This document shows positions 17,436-26,701 of a stretch of 64,000 nt of DNA, in pieces (the first letter of the stretch is position 1; each line of letters starts with the position of its first letter). Source of the DNA: Thermoplasmata archaeon. Lineage in GTDB: Archaea > Thermoplasmatota > Thermoplasmata > RBG-16-68-12 > JAFNFQ01. Below the pieces are notes generated by a model that ran no database searches, was not told the origin of the DNA, and worked only from the letters and a program-made list of their open reading frames with translations. Location: positions 192,001 through 256,000 of the forward strand of contig JBGPQV010000001.1 of NCBI GenBank assembly GCA_041489255.1, written 5' to 3'. A program made the translations under genes and the position numbers.

Positions 17436-19880
17436 ATGGAGGTACGCCTGATGGCGACCGTGGAAGCCGCCCCGCCAAAGCCGAAGAAGGAAGAGTCGAG
17501 GGTCGGCGTATACATCTGCCATTGCGGGCTGAACATCGCGGGCAGCGTCGACGTCGTCGAGGTGGCGAAGGTAGCGGCGAAGTTCCCAGGCGTGGTCGTC
17601 TCGAAGGACTACAGGTACATGTGCTCAGACCCCGGGCAGGAGCTGTTGAAGAAGGACATCAAGGAGAACAACCTGAACAGGATCGTCGTCGCATCGTGCA
17701 CTCCCCGCCTCCATGAACCAACTTTCAGAGCGGCCATCCAAGAAGCCGGGCTGAACAAATACCTCTTCGAGATGGCGAACATCAGGGAGCACTGCAGCTG
17801 GGTGCATCTGAGGGACAGGGAGGGTGCCACCGCCAAGGCGATTGACCTGGTGAAGATGGCGGTGAGCAGGGCCGTGCTTCTGGAGACGCAGGTCGAGCAG
17901 AAGGTCCCCGTCATCAGGAGGACGCTGGTGATTGGCGGCGGCGTGGCGGGAATCCAGTCAGCGCTTGATCTGGCGGACGCGGGCTACCAGGTCTACATGG
18001 TCGAGAAGAACCCCTCGATCGGCGGGAGGATGGCCCAGATAGACAAGACCTTCCCCACCATGGACTGCTCAATATGCATCCTCGCGCCAAAGATGAGCGA
18101 GGCGGGCAGGCACCCACTCATAGAGATCATGACGAACAGCGAGGTCAAGAGCGTCATGGGATACGTCGGCAACTTCCAAGTCGAGATTCTCGAGAAGGCG
18201 CGGATGGTCAAGGACACATGCACCGCCTGCGGGGACTGCTCGAAGGTCTGTCCGGTGATCGCCCCGAACGAGTTCGACATGGGACTGGCGGCGAGGAAGG
18301 CAATCTACCAGCCCTTCGCCCAGGCGGTCCCGCCGACCTACATCATCGACAGGAACCTCTGCCTCAACAAAGGGCACGTGATTGCCTGCGAGCGGTGCGT
18401 CGAGGCGTGCCTGGCGAAGAGCATCGACTTCAGCCTGACCGACAAGACGACGAGGCTGGACGTAGGCACGATAGTCGTTGCAACTGGAGCAACCACGTTC
18501 GACCCGACGAAGCTCGCGGAGTTCGGCTACAGGAAATTCCCCAACGTCATCACGACACTCGAGTTCGAGAGGCTCATCAACGCCGGCGGTCCGACAAGGG
18601 GGCACCTCGTCCGCTTCACCGACTTCAAGGAGCCCGAACGCGTGGCCTTCGTCCAGTGCATCGGCTCGCGCAGCGAGAACAGGGGCAACCCCTACTGCTC
18701 CAACATCTGCTGCATGGAGACGATCAAGGACTCGCTGCTCATCAAGGAACACTGGCCCGACGTCGCGATCGACGTATATTACATGGACATCAGGGCATTC
18801 GGCAAGGGATTCGAGGATCTCTACAAGAGGGCGAAGGCGGAGGGCATCAGGTTCATCCGCGGCATCCCCGCGGAGGTCCGAGAGACGAATGGCGGGGATT
18901 TGAAGGTCATCGGTGAGAACACGCTGATGCAGCGCGTCTATGACGAGACGTACGGCATGGTGATTCTCTCCATCGGTCTCGAGCCGCAGGAGGACAGCAA
19001 CGTCATCCAGCGCCTGCTCGTGCTGAACAAGACTGCCGACGGCTTCTTCATGGAATCCCACCCGAAGCTCCTGCCGGTCGACACACCGACGAAGGGCGTG
19101 TTCTTGGCGGGTTGCGCCGAATATCCCAAGGACATCAAGGACAGCGTCACCCAGGCTTGCGCCGCCGCAAGCAGGGCGAACATCCTCATGGCGAGGGGCG
19201 AGATAAGCGTCGAAGCACTGACACCGATCATCGAGCTGGACAAGTGCACCGGCTGCGGCCTGTGCGTGAAGGTCTGCCCCTTCAATGCACTTCAATTCGT
19301 CGGCGAGGGCAAGGGACGCAAGGTTCAGGTCATCGAGGCCGCGTGCGCGGGCTGCGGCACATGCGGCGCGGAGTGCATGTTCGGGGCGATAACCAACAAG
19401 CACTACACCGACGCTCAGATCCTCGCGCAGATCGACGCTGCTCTGGAGGTGGGGGCAGAGAAGAAGGTCATGGCGTTCTGCTGTAACTGGTGCTCCTACG
19501 CGGGCGCTGATTTCGCAGGCGTGTCGAGGATGCAGTACGCCCCGGACGTGAGGATCGTCCGGACGATGTGCTCGGGCAGGATCGCCCCGAAGTTCATCCG
19601 CAGGGCTTTCGCCAAGGGCGCGGCGGTCGTCCTCGTGAGCGGCTGCCACCTGGGAGACTGTCACTACATCAACGCGAACCACCAGACCAAGAAGCGCGTC
19701 GAGAAGATGTGGGCGGAGCTGGACAGGAAGGGCGTGAGGAAGGAACGACTGCAGCTAGACTGGTTCACCGCCGCCGAAGGGCAGAAGTTCGCGGACAGGA
19801 TCAACGAGATATGCGGGATTGCGACGACAGTGACCGCGGAGGAAATCCAGAAGGCAGTCGCGGCTTACAAGGAGAACTAA
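17436..19880 (+). CDS. hdrA: Heterodisulfide reductase subunit A fused to an MvhD-like [2Fe-2S] domain
   Basis: GVYICHCGLNI, NIREHCSWVH, IGGGVAG, DKTFPTMDCS and YCSNICC motifs plus ferredoxin motifs; C-terminal FCCNWCSYAGAD..MCSGR..GCHLGDCHY (MvhD). Confidence 0.92.
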   Translation: MEVRLMATVEAAPPKPKKEESRVGVYICHCGLNIAGSVDVVEVAKVAAKFPGVVVSKDYRYMCSDPGQELLKKDIKENNLNRIVVASCTPRLHEPTFRAAIQEAGLNKYLFEMANIREHCSWVHLRDREGATAKAIDLVKMAVSRAVLLETQVEQKVPVIRRTLVIGGGVAGIQSALDLADAGYQVYMVEKNPSIGGRMAQIDKTFPTMDCSICILAPKMSEAGRHPLIEIMTNSEVKSVMGYVGNFQVEILEKARMVKDTCTACGDCSKVCPVIAPNEFDMGLAARKAIYQPFAQAVPPTYIIDRNLCLNKGHVIACERCVEACLAKSIDFSLTDKTTRLDVGTIVVATGATTFDPTKLAEFGYRKFPNVITTLEFERLINAGGPTRGHLVRFTDFKEPERVAFVQCIGSRSENRGNPYCSNICCMETIKDSLLIKEHWPDVAIDVYYMDIRAFGKGFEDLYKRAKAEGIRFIRGIPAEVRETNGGDLKVIGENTLMQRVYDETYGMVILSIGLEPQEDSNVIQRLLVLNKTADGFFMESHPKLLPVDTPTKGVFLAGCAEYPKDIKDSVTQACAAASRANILMARGEISVEALTPIIELDKCTGCGLCVKVCPFNALQFVGEGKGRKVQVIEAACAGCGTCGAECMFGAITNKHYTDAQILAQIDAALEVGAEKKVMAFCCNWCSYAGADFAGVSRMQYAPDVRIVRTMCSGRIAPKFIRRAFAKGAAVVLVSGCHLGDCHYINANHQTKKRVEKMWAELDRKGVRKERLQLDWFTAAEGQKFADRINEICGIATTVTAEEIQKAVAAYKEN

Positions 19881-19919
19881 CCGACGCGGTTTCATTGCGC
19901 CAATCCGCTCGGAGTCAAA

Positions 19920-20105
19920 TCATGCCGCAGGGTAATGGTCGTCCTCGATGTTCGCTCTGATTATAGAGTGCTTGAACTGGTCCGCCTCCGAGTTCGTCAC
20001 GAAGTACTCCAGGAACCTCGTGTTGCTCATGCAGACGGGGCACGAGCGGAGCAGCAGGTCTTCCTCCAGGAAGATGTGGGCGCAGTATCTGCAGACAAGC
20101 ACCAT
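19920..20105 (-). CDS. Small zinc-finger/rubredoxin-like protein
   Basis: CRYC-x13-CPVC in 61 aa. Confidence 0.55.
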   Translation of the reverse strand: MVLVCRYCAHIFLEEDLLLRSCPVCMSNTRFLEYFVTNSEADQFKHSIIRANIEDDHYPAA

Positions 20106-20219
20106 CGCACCGCTTGCGGGCGGTAGCTCCTCATGGTCAATTAAATGTGCCTAATGATAGTATGTATCACGTCTCATCTTGTCGCGTCAAGATTGAACAT
20201 ACCAGGTGCGTGAAGGCCG

Positions 20220-21704
20220 TTACGCGAGGTTCACGTTGATGAGTTTGACTTCGGTCATTTCCTGGACCGCGTACCTAACACCTTCCCGACCTAAGCCACT
20301 CATCTTCATGCCGCCGAAGGGCATGTTGTCGAACCTCAGCGTCGTCGGGTCGTTTATCATGACGCCGCCTGCACGAATCTCCCTCGCGATCCTCAGGCCA
20401 CGACCAATGTCTTTGGTGAAAATGCTGGATTGCAGGCCGTACACGGTGGAGTTCGCCGCCTCGATTGCCTCCCTCTCGTCCGCGACCGACTGCACAGGTC
20501 CTAGCGGTCCGAAAGGCTCCTCCTTCATCAGCTTCATGTGGCCAGTGACATCGCTCAGAACTGTCGGTGCGTAGAAATAGCCAGATTTGTGCGCGACGTC
20601 GACAATCCTCTTCCCGCCAATTGCGACCTTCGCACCTTCATCGACAGCTTCGAGGACCAGCGCGTGGATCCTGTTGAGCGAGCCTTCGTTGATGACTGGC
20701 CCCACATCAGTCTCCTCGCGCAAGGGGTCGCCCACCTTGAGCTTCTTGACCCTGTCGATCAGGAGGCGCGTGAATTTCCTCGAAACGCTTTCGATGATGA
20801 TCAGTCTCTTGCTTGCTGTGCACACCTGCCCGGAAAGTCCAAAGCATGCGCGGCTTGCCGCATCGGCCGCCCTGGAGAGATCCGCGTCGTCAAGGATGAT
20901 CATGGGATCCATCCCGCCCATCTCGAGGACGACTTTCTTGTTCCTCTTCGCCGCCAGCTGGTAGATGCCCAATCCCGTGGCGGTCGACCCGGTGAACGTC
21001 ACGAGGTCGGTGCCCGGGTTCTCCACAAGCTCTGTCCCCACAGTCGGGCCTGGGCCGGTCACGATGTTCACCGCGCCCGGCGGGCAGCCCGCTTCCATCA
21101 GGAGATGCCCGAACCTCAGAGCCACAATCGGGGTCTCGCTCGTGGGCTTCGCGATCACAGCATTCCCCGCCGCCAAGGCCGGAGCGACCTTGTGACAGAG
21201 CAGGTTCAACGGGAAGTTGAACGGGGATATCCCGACGACCACTCCGACCGGCTCCCTGACGGAGAAGCTGAGGCGTCTCTCGTTTCCTGGCGGGAGAGGA
21301 TAGGCGTCGGTCTGGAAGACCTCTCCAAAGATGCGCTTCGCCTCCTCCGCTGCCGACGTGAACGTGACGACCGCCCTCCTGACCTCCACACGAGAATCGC
21401 GAATCGGCTTGCCCGCCTCAATGCAGATTGTGCGGGCCAGACCCTCCATGTTCTCCTCGATGAGCTGGGCCGTCTTGAGCAGGAATCTGTACCGGTCGTA
21501 TGCCGCCATCTTGGCGATCTTGTTCTTTGCGGTGACCGCGGCATCGATGGCAGCCCGCGCATCCTCCTTCCCGCCAAGAGGGACTTCGGCAACGACTGAG
21601 CCATCAGCCGGGTTTCTCACTTCTATCATCCTGCCGCTGGCGGCCTGGACCCATTTCCCGCCGATCAACATTCCGAGCCGTTCCGTCCCGGTGTCGTGCT
21701 TCAT
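20220..21704 (-). CDS. NAD(P)-dependent aldehyde dehydrogenase
   Basis: PFNFP, FTGS, LEMGG, GQVCT, EEPFGP and PFGGMKMSGLGREG motifs. Confidence 0.95.
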   Translation of the reverse strand: MKHDTGTERLGMLIGGKWVQAASGRMIEVRNPADGSVVAEVPLGGKEDARAAIDAAVTAKNKIAKMAAYDRYRFLLKTAQLIEENMEGLARTICIEAGKPIRDSRVEVRRAVVTFTSAAEEAKRIFGEVFQTDAYPLPPGNERRLSFSVREPVGVVVGISPFNFPLNLLCHKVAPALAAGNAVIAKPTSETPIVALRFGHLLMEAGCPPGAVNIVTGPGPTVGTELVENPGTDLVTFTGSTATGLGIYQLAAKRNKKVVLEMGGMDPMIILDDADLSRAADAASRACFGLSGQVCTASKRLIIIESVSRKFTRLLIDRVKKLKVGDPLREETDVGPVINEGSLNRIHALVLEAVDEGAKVAIGGKRIVDVAHKSGYFYAPTVLSDVTGHMKLMKEEPFGPLGPVQSVADEREAIEAANSTVYGLQSSIFTKDIGRGLRIAREIRAGGVMINDPTTLRFDNMPFGGMKMSGLGREGVRYAVQEMTEVKLINVNLA

Positions 21705-21820
21705 CCGGTCACCGTCCCTGCGAACTGGAGGCGGGCAATAAAACGTTGCATGCGGAATCGGATGCGCTCGCCAGGCGGCAAGCTACATAAGCAAAGGGAA
21801 CTTCGTGGTCGCCGGAGACC

Positions 21821-23038
21821 TTGGCAGGCGAAGCTGTTGTCTCGACTGGCACCGCCACGAGCCGCAGGCGTGCGAGGATCAGTCTGTTCTTTCTCTACAC
21901 CGCAACGCTGGTAATGCGCGCGGCAGCCTTCATGACGATAGCGGTCGTCACTAGCGCGAAATACCAGGAGTCCATCAGCTACCTGACTGCGGGCATCCTC
22001 GTCTCTTTCTATCCAATTGCCGAGCTCATCACGGTGATGTACTTCGGCGTCTTGTGCGACAAGGTCGGCCGGAAACCGATTCTGATCTTCGCACATGCGA
22101 TTACGGCCGTGGCAACGTTCAGCTTCTCGACAACTAACTTCATCTATCCCCTGTTCGTCTTCACAGCCCTCTACGGAATCGGGGCCGCGGCAAAGACATC
22201 CTCCACGCTCACGATGATCGCCGATCTGGCGACTCCGCGCAACCGAGCGCGGCTGATGGCCCTGTTCGACATAGTCACGTTCCTCGGGCTGGCTGGCGGC
22301 TACATGCTGGGCTTCCTCCTCCTGAATTTCTACCATGTCCCGCCGGTGACTCTCTTCTATCTCCAGACAGCCGCTATCCTCATCTCGGTGGTCATGGTTT
22401 GGCTGTTTGTCGATGAGACGCGGGAGAAATCCGGCTTAGCGGTGAGGGGCTGGGATGCACTCAAATCGGTCGTCGCGCGAAAGGAGCTGCGCGATCTCTT
22501 GCCCGTTTACATACCCGTTATCGCCATCTACGGAATGGTCATCTCTTTCCTGGAAAAGATAGTGGAGGAAGCCGACATCATAGGCGACCCGAACCTGATG
22601 ATCATCCTCGTGGTCTTGGGCCTATCGCTCGTGGCCTCCATGGTGGTGAACGCGTGGCTCTCCGACAGGATGAGGAAGCGCCGACCGTTCATGCTGTTCG
22701 GGCTCTTCTTCTTCGGAGTGCTTGCTGTGCTTCTCGTGCAGAACCTGGACAACCTCTCAGGTCTCGTGGCGATCTGGCCGGTGGTCGTTCTGGTGAGTCT
22801 CGGGGCCGGCGCATTCCCTCCCGCAGTCCTCGCCTATCTCGCTGACATCACGAAGAAGGAGACCTCTGGCACTGCTTTCGGAATATACAGCCTAGTGCTG
22901 GGTTTCGGGTTCGCCTTCGGCCCGCCAATGGGCGGTGTGGTCCTCGAGACATTCGGCCTGCCAGGATTCCTGGTGCTCATCGGAGCATTCCTGGCCGTGG
23001 CTGGCGTGGGTGCATTCAGGCTGAAAGAACAGAATTGA
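21821..23038 (+). CDS. MFS transporter
   Basis: About 12 TM helices; GVLCDKVGRK and LSDRMRKRR motif A repeats. Confidence 0.9.
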   Translation: MAGEAVVSTGTATSRRRARISLFFLYTATLVMRAAAFMTIAVVTSAKYQESISYLTAGILVSFYPIAELITVMYFGVLCDKVGRKPILIFAHAITAVATFSFSTTNFIYPLFVFTALYGIGAAAKTSSTLTMIADLATPRNRARLMALFDIVTFLGLAGGYMLGFLLLNFYHVPPVTLFYLQTAAILISVVMVWLFVDETREKSGLAVRGWDALKSVVARKELRDLLPVYIPVIAIYGMVISFLEKIVEEADIIGDPNLMIILVVLGLSLVASMVVNAWLSDRMRKRRPFMLFGLFFFGVLAVLLVQNLDNLSGLVAIWPVVVLVSLGAGAFPPAVLAYLADITKKETSGTAFGIYSLVLGFGFAFGPPMGGVVLETFGLPGFLVLIGAFLAVAGVGAFRLKEQN

Positions 23039-23189
23039 AACGAGAAAAACGACCCGGTAAATCCACCCTCATGACGCGAATCGTATGAGTCGATTGGGGG
23101 CAATCCGACTCAAAATTATGGGGTCCGCCGAGATCTCCTGGGGGGAGGGCTCGGCGGATTGTATGTGTTTCCCTGAAAGTGAGAGGGTT

Positions 23190-23378
23190 CTAGGCCTTCT
23201 TCAGGTAGGGCAGGCCTGTGCGCTTGTTGACGCCGACCTTGTAGCCCTTCGGCATTTCGTCCATCATCCTGCCGCTCTTCGGTTTCCTCTTACTGAAGAA
23301 GTATATGTTGACCTTCGGTCCCCTCTTCAGTTTCACTTCTCGGGTATACAGAGTCCAACCTTGGTAGGTGTAGGGCAT
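23190..23378 (-). CDS. Small basic hypothetical protein (62 aa)
   Basis: WTLY.R.V.L....IYFFSK..PK.G....P.GY.V.VN.RTGLPYLKK; Lys/Arg-rich; clean ORF. Confidence 0.75.
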   Translation of the reverse strand: MPYTYQGWTLYTREVKLKRGPKVNIYFFSKRKPKSGRMMDEMPKGYKVGVNKRTGLPYLKKA

Positions 23379-23594
23379 AGTATCTCCGACTACCTGTATC
23401 GCTATCCTAAAGATATGGGTTTCGGTCTCTCAGGGAGAAAATCGGGCTTTTTTCCATGAAATGTCCCGATTTTTACCATCCGACCGCGGTTTCGGCTGCT
23501 TTTCTCTCCATGAATATCCCTCGTTTTTCTGATTATTCTCCATGGACTGCTGTTTCGGCAAGATCGGGCATCCGCCGGACGACGAGGGAGACAG

Positions 23595-23679
23595 TGCGGC
23601 GGCCAGGATTTGAACCTGGGGACCCCTTCGAGACGAGACCCTGAATCTCGCGCCGTTGGCCATGCTTGGCTACCGCCGC
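23595..23679 (-). tRNA. tRNA-Leu(CAG)
   Basis: Reverse complement GCGGCGGTAGCCAAGCATGGCCAACGGCG-CGAGATTCAGGGTCTCG-long variable arm-CCAGGTTCAAATCCTGG-CCGCCGCA. Confidence 0.95.
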
Positions 23680-23716
23680 GCGGATGCCGACCTGTAGGTG
23701 TCGTGCCTATAAATCT

Positions 23717-23775
23717 CTTGTTTCCACTGGACTGCCATATGAATATAGCCACTAATATATAAAAACTAAAAAAGG
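23717..23775 (-). promoter_or_regulatory. ORB-like motif plus AT-rich tract (candidate replication origin element; overlaps the tRNA-Leu promoter)
   Basis: Minus strand GTCCAGTGGAAACAAG resembles the archaeal ORB core TTCCAGTGGAAAC; adjacent to the AT-rich ACTAATATATAAAAACTAAAAAA. Confidence 0.35.
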
Positions 23776-23793
23776 AAGGGTGAGAAAGGGTTC

Positions 23794-24012
23794 TCACTTC
23801 TTCATTATCTTCATCCAGCCGCCGGACTCGTGGACCTGGAGTTTCCTTCTGTTGAGTACGTCCTTGAAGGTGTCCCAGTCGATGACTTCCAAGCGGGTGT
23901 TTCTTCCCTTCGTGAACTGTATTCCGTTGGTCCCTTTCACGCGTCCAGGCTTGAGGCCCTTTCTCTTCGCTATCTCCAGCGCCTTGTCGAACGATATGGG
24001 CTCCATTACCAT
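23794..24012 (-). CDS. Small basic hypothetical protein (~70 aa)
   Basis: Lys/Arg-rich ORF; GGAGG ribosome-binding site upstream. Confidence 0.7.
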   Translation of the reverse strand: MVMEPISFDKALEIAKRKGLKPGRVKGTNGIQFTKGRNTRLEVIDWDTFKDVLNRRKLQVHESGGWMKIMKK

Positions 24013-24163
24013 TTTCGTTCCCTCCTAGGGGGATCCTTGGCCAGCGAGCCAGTATCGTGGCCAGACCCGCATGCAGATGGATTGTATTTAAAAGCTTCCC
24101 CGGAGCCAGACATCTGCGAGGATTAGCCCGCAAAGATTTTTCCCGCGACCACGTTTAAGGTGC

Positions 24164-25468
24164 GTGGTCTCGTTCGGCTCTTCGGGAATTCGCGGAGTGT
24201 TCGGCACAGACATCACACCCGAGCTATTCGTCGAGATTGGCAGTGTCGTCGCGTCCAGATATGGAAGGATCTTGCTCGGCAGGGATGTCAGGACATCAAG
24301 CCTCTTACTCTCGAACGCGTTCGGCAGCGGAGCGCTTTCATCGGGAGGGATTGTGGACGACGGCGGAGTGCTCAGCACGCCGACGGTCGCTTTCGGCGCG
24401 AGGCGTTATGATTGCGGCGCCGTCATCACGGCGTCTCACAACCCGCCAGAGTACAACGGGATCAAGCTGTGGAACACATCTGGAATCGCTTTCGATGAGC
24501 AGCAGCAGAAGGAGATCGAGGAGGCCCTTGCCAGCCATTCCTTCGAGAGGAGATCATGGAATCGACTCGGAGAGCTGGGCAGGTGCCGCGATTTATCCTT
24601 GGATCACGCGGACGCCATTGCGGACTCTGTCGGCACTGTCAATCTCAAGGTGGTTGTGGATTGCGGGTGCGGATCGGCGAGCGCCATTACACCATTTGTT
24701 CTGAGGAAGATGGGCTGCAAAGTGGTCGCACTCAATGCGCAGTTCGACGGGCGCTTCCCCGGGAGGTCTCCAGAGCCAACTGAGCAGAACTTGGACGTTC
24801 TCCGCAAAGCGGTGCCCGCGACAGGTGCCGATCTCGGGCTGGCTCACGATGGTGACGGCGATAGAGTCGTGGCGGTGGATGAGAAAGGGGCTTACGTTGG
24901 AGGGGACAGACTCCTCCCTCTGCTCGCAACTAAGTTCGTGAAGAAGGCGGTCGTCGTTCCAGTCGACGCTTCCATGGCGGTGGATGATGCGCTGCCCGGA
25001 GCGAAGATTTGGAGAACACGGGTCGGTGACGTCTATGTCGCCCAGGAGGTCCAGCGCAGGAAGGCTGACTTTGGCGGCGAGCCGTCCGGCACTTTCATTT
25101 TCCCGACATGGGGTCTTTTCCCCGACGGGATTTACGGGGCGGCGCTCATCGCTTCCTTGGTGGCGAAAGAGAAGCTCTCAGAGCAGGTTGCTCGCCTGCC
25201 TTCCTACCCTTCGATGCGCACCTCATTCCAGTTTGAATCTTCCAGACGGGCAGACGTTTCGCGCATGCTCGAGCAGACGATGTCTTCCATTGAAGGCGAG
25301 CTCACGAAGGTGGATGGTTGGCGTGTCGGCTTGGAGGATGGGTGGTGTCTCGTGCGCATATCAGGAACGGAGCCCAAGGTCCGGCTCCAGGTCGAGGCGC
25401 GCACGGAATCGAGAACAAAGGAGATATACGAATCGCTGGTTTCCAAGGTCAAGGCTGTGCTGAGATGA
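24164..25468 (+). CDS. glmM: Phosphoglucosamine mutase / phosphohexomutase
   Basis: FGSSGIRG, TASHNP, HDGDGDR, GGEPSG and RISGTEP motifs. Confidence 0.88.
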   Translation: MVSFGSSGIRGVFGTDITPELFVEIGSVVASRYGRILLGRDVRTSSLLLSNAFGSGALSSGGIVDDGGVLSTPTVAFGARRYDCGAVITASHNPPEYNGIKLWNTSGIAFDEQQQKEIEEALASHSFERRSWNRLGELGRCRDLSLDHADAIADSVGTVNLKVVVDCGCGSASAITPFVLRKMGCKVVALNAQFDGRFPGRSPEPTEQNLDVLRKAVPATGADLGLAHDGDGDRVVAVDEKGAYVGGDRLLPLLATKFVKKAVVVPVDASMAVDDALPGAKIWRTRVGDVYVAQEVQRRKADFGGEPSGTFIFPTWGLFPDGIYGAALIASLVAKEKLSEQVARLPSYPSMRTSFQFESSRRADVSRMLEQTMSSIEGELTKVDGWRVGLEDGWCLVRISGTEPKVRLQVEARTESRTKEIYESLVSKVKAVLR

Positions 25469-26691
25469 AAGCGTTCATCCTCGCGGCGGGAGAGGGCACG
25501 AGGATGCGCCCGCTCACCGCGAACATCCCGAAGCCGCTGCTGCCGGTGGCGAACAAGCCGTTCCTCATACACACCCTGGACGCGCTGTCCGCTGCAGGGG
25601 TCAAGGAAGCGACCATACTCGTGGGCTGGAAGGGACACCGCATCCGCGACTTCCTCGCGCATCAGCCGGACCTAGGCGTGGCGGTTGACTTCGAGGAACA
25701 GGAGAAAAGGCTGGGGACGGCACATGCCATCGGACTCGCCAGGAATCACTTTGACGGTTCCTTCCTCAGCATAAACGGAGACGTCGTGGTCAGAGGCAAG
25801 TCGATCGCGGGCCTCCTGGAGTTCCACAAGCGCGTTGGCGGGACTGTGATGGCGATTGCGAAGGTCGGAGACCCTTCGCGCTTCGGCGTCGTGGAGATGA
25901 AGGACGACAAGGTCGTCGGTCTCGAGGAGAAACCATCTAAGCCCAAGTCCAACCTCATAAATGCGGGCATCTACGTCTTCAACCCAGACATATTCGACCT
26001 CATCGCGAAGACGCCGGCATCGGTCCGCGGCGAGTACGAGATCACGGACGCGCTCCAGATGCTCATAGAGAAGGGGGCTGTCTTCGGTCACAGGCTCGAG
26101 GAGGAATGGATAGACGTCGGGAGCTCGTGGGACCTGCTCAAGGCGAACGAGATACTCCTCATGGGACTGAAAACGAAGGTGGAGGGCGAGGTCGACGAGC
26201 ACGCGACCCTCATCGGCTCCGTGCAGCTAGGCCCGGGCACCAAGATACTCAGGGGCGCGTACATCCAGGGGCCCGTGATCATCGGCAAGGACTGCGAGAT
26301 AGGGCCGAATTGCAGGATACGCCCGAGCACCTACATCGGCGACAAGTGCAAGATAGGGAACGGGTCGGAGGTCAAGAACAGCATCTTCATGGAGGGAAGC
26401 AGGGCGCCTCACATCAACTACGTCGGGGACAGCATCCTGGGCGAGCGCGTCAACCTCGGCGCGGGGACGAAAATCGCCAACCTGAGGCTCGACGGGCGGC
26501 CGGTGTCTGTCACGCTCAAGGGCAAGACCGTCGACACGGGGCTCAGGAAGCTCGGGGCGATTATCGGCGATGATGTGAGAATAGGCATCAACGCGTCGAT
26601 CGACGCGGGAACGATAGTCGGAGAAGAGACGTTCATCGGCATGGGGGCGGTCGTGAGGGGCACTATAGCGCCCAGGAGCCGCATCCATTGA
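25465..26691 (+). CDS. glmU: Bifunctional sugar-1-phosphate nucleotidylyltransferase/acetyltransferase (archaeal GlmU-type)
   Basis: LAAGEGTRMRPLT..PKP motif; hexapeptide repeats; HINYVGDS. Confidence 0.88.
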   Translation: MKAFILAAGEGTRMRPLTANIPKPLLPVANKPFLIHTLDALSAAGVKEATILVGWKGHRIRDFLAHQPDLGVAVDFEEQEKRLGTAHAIGLARNHFDGSFLSINGDVVVRGKSIAGLLEFHKRVGGTVMAIAKVGDPSRFGVVEMKDDKVVGLEEKPSKPKSNLINAGIYVFNPDIFDLIAKTPASVRGEYEITDALQMLIEKGAVFGHRLEEEWIDVGSSWDLLKANEILLMGLKTKVEGEVDEHATLIGSVQLGPGTKILRGAYIQGPVIIGKDCEIGPNCRIRPSTYIGDKCKIGNGSEVKNSIFMEGSRAPHINYVGDSILGERVNLGAGTKIANLRLDGRPVSVTLKGKTVDTGLRKLGAIIGDDVRIGINASIDAGTIVGEETFIGMGAVVRGTIAPRSRIH

Positions 26692-26701
26692 GGGCATCCG
26701 G

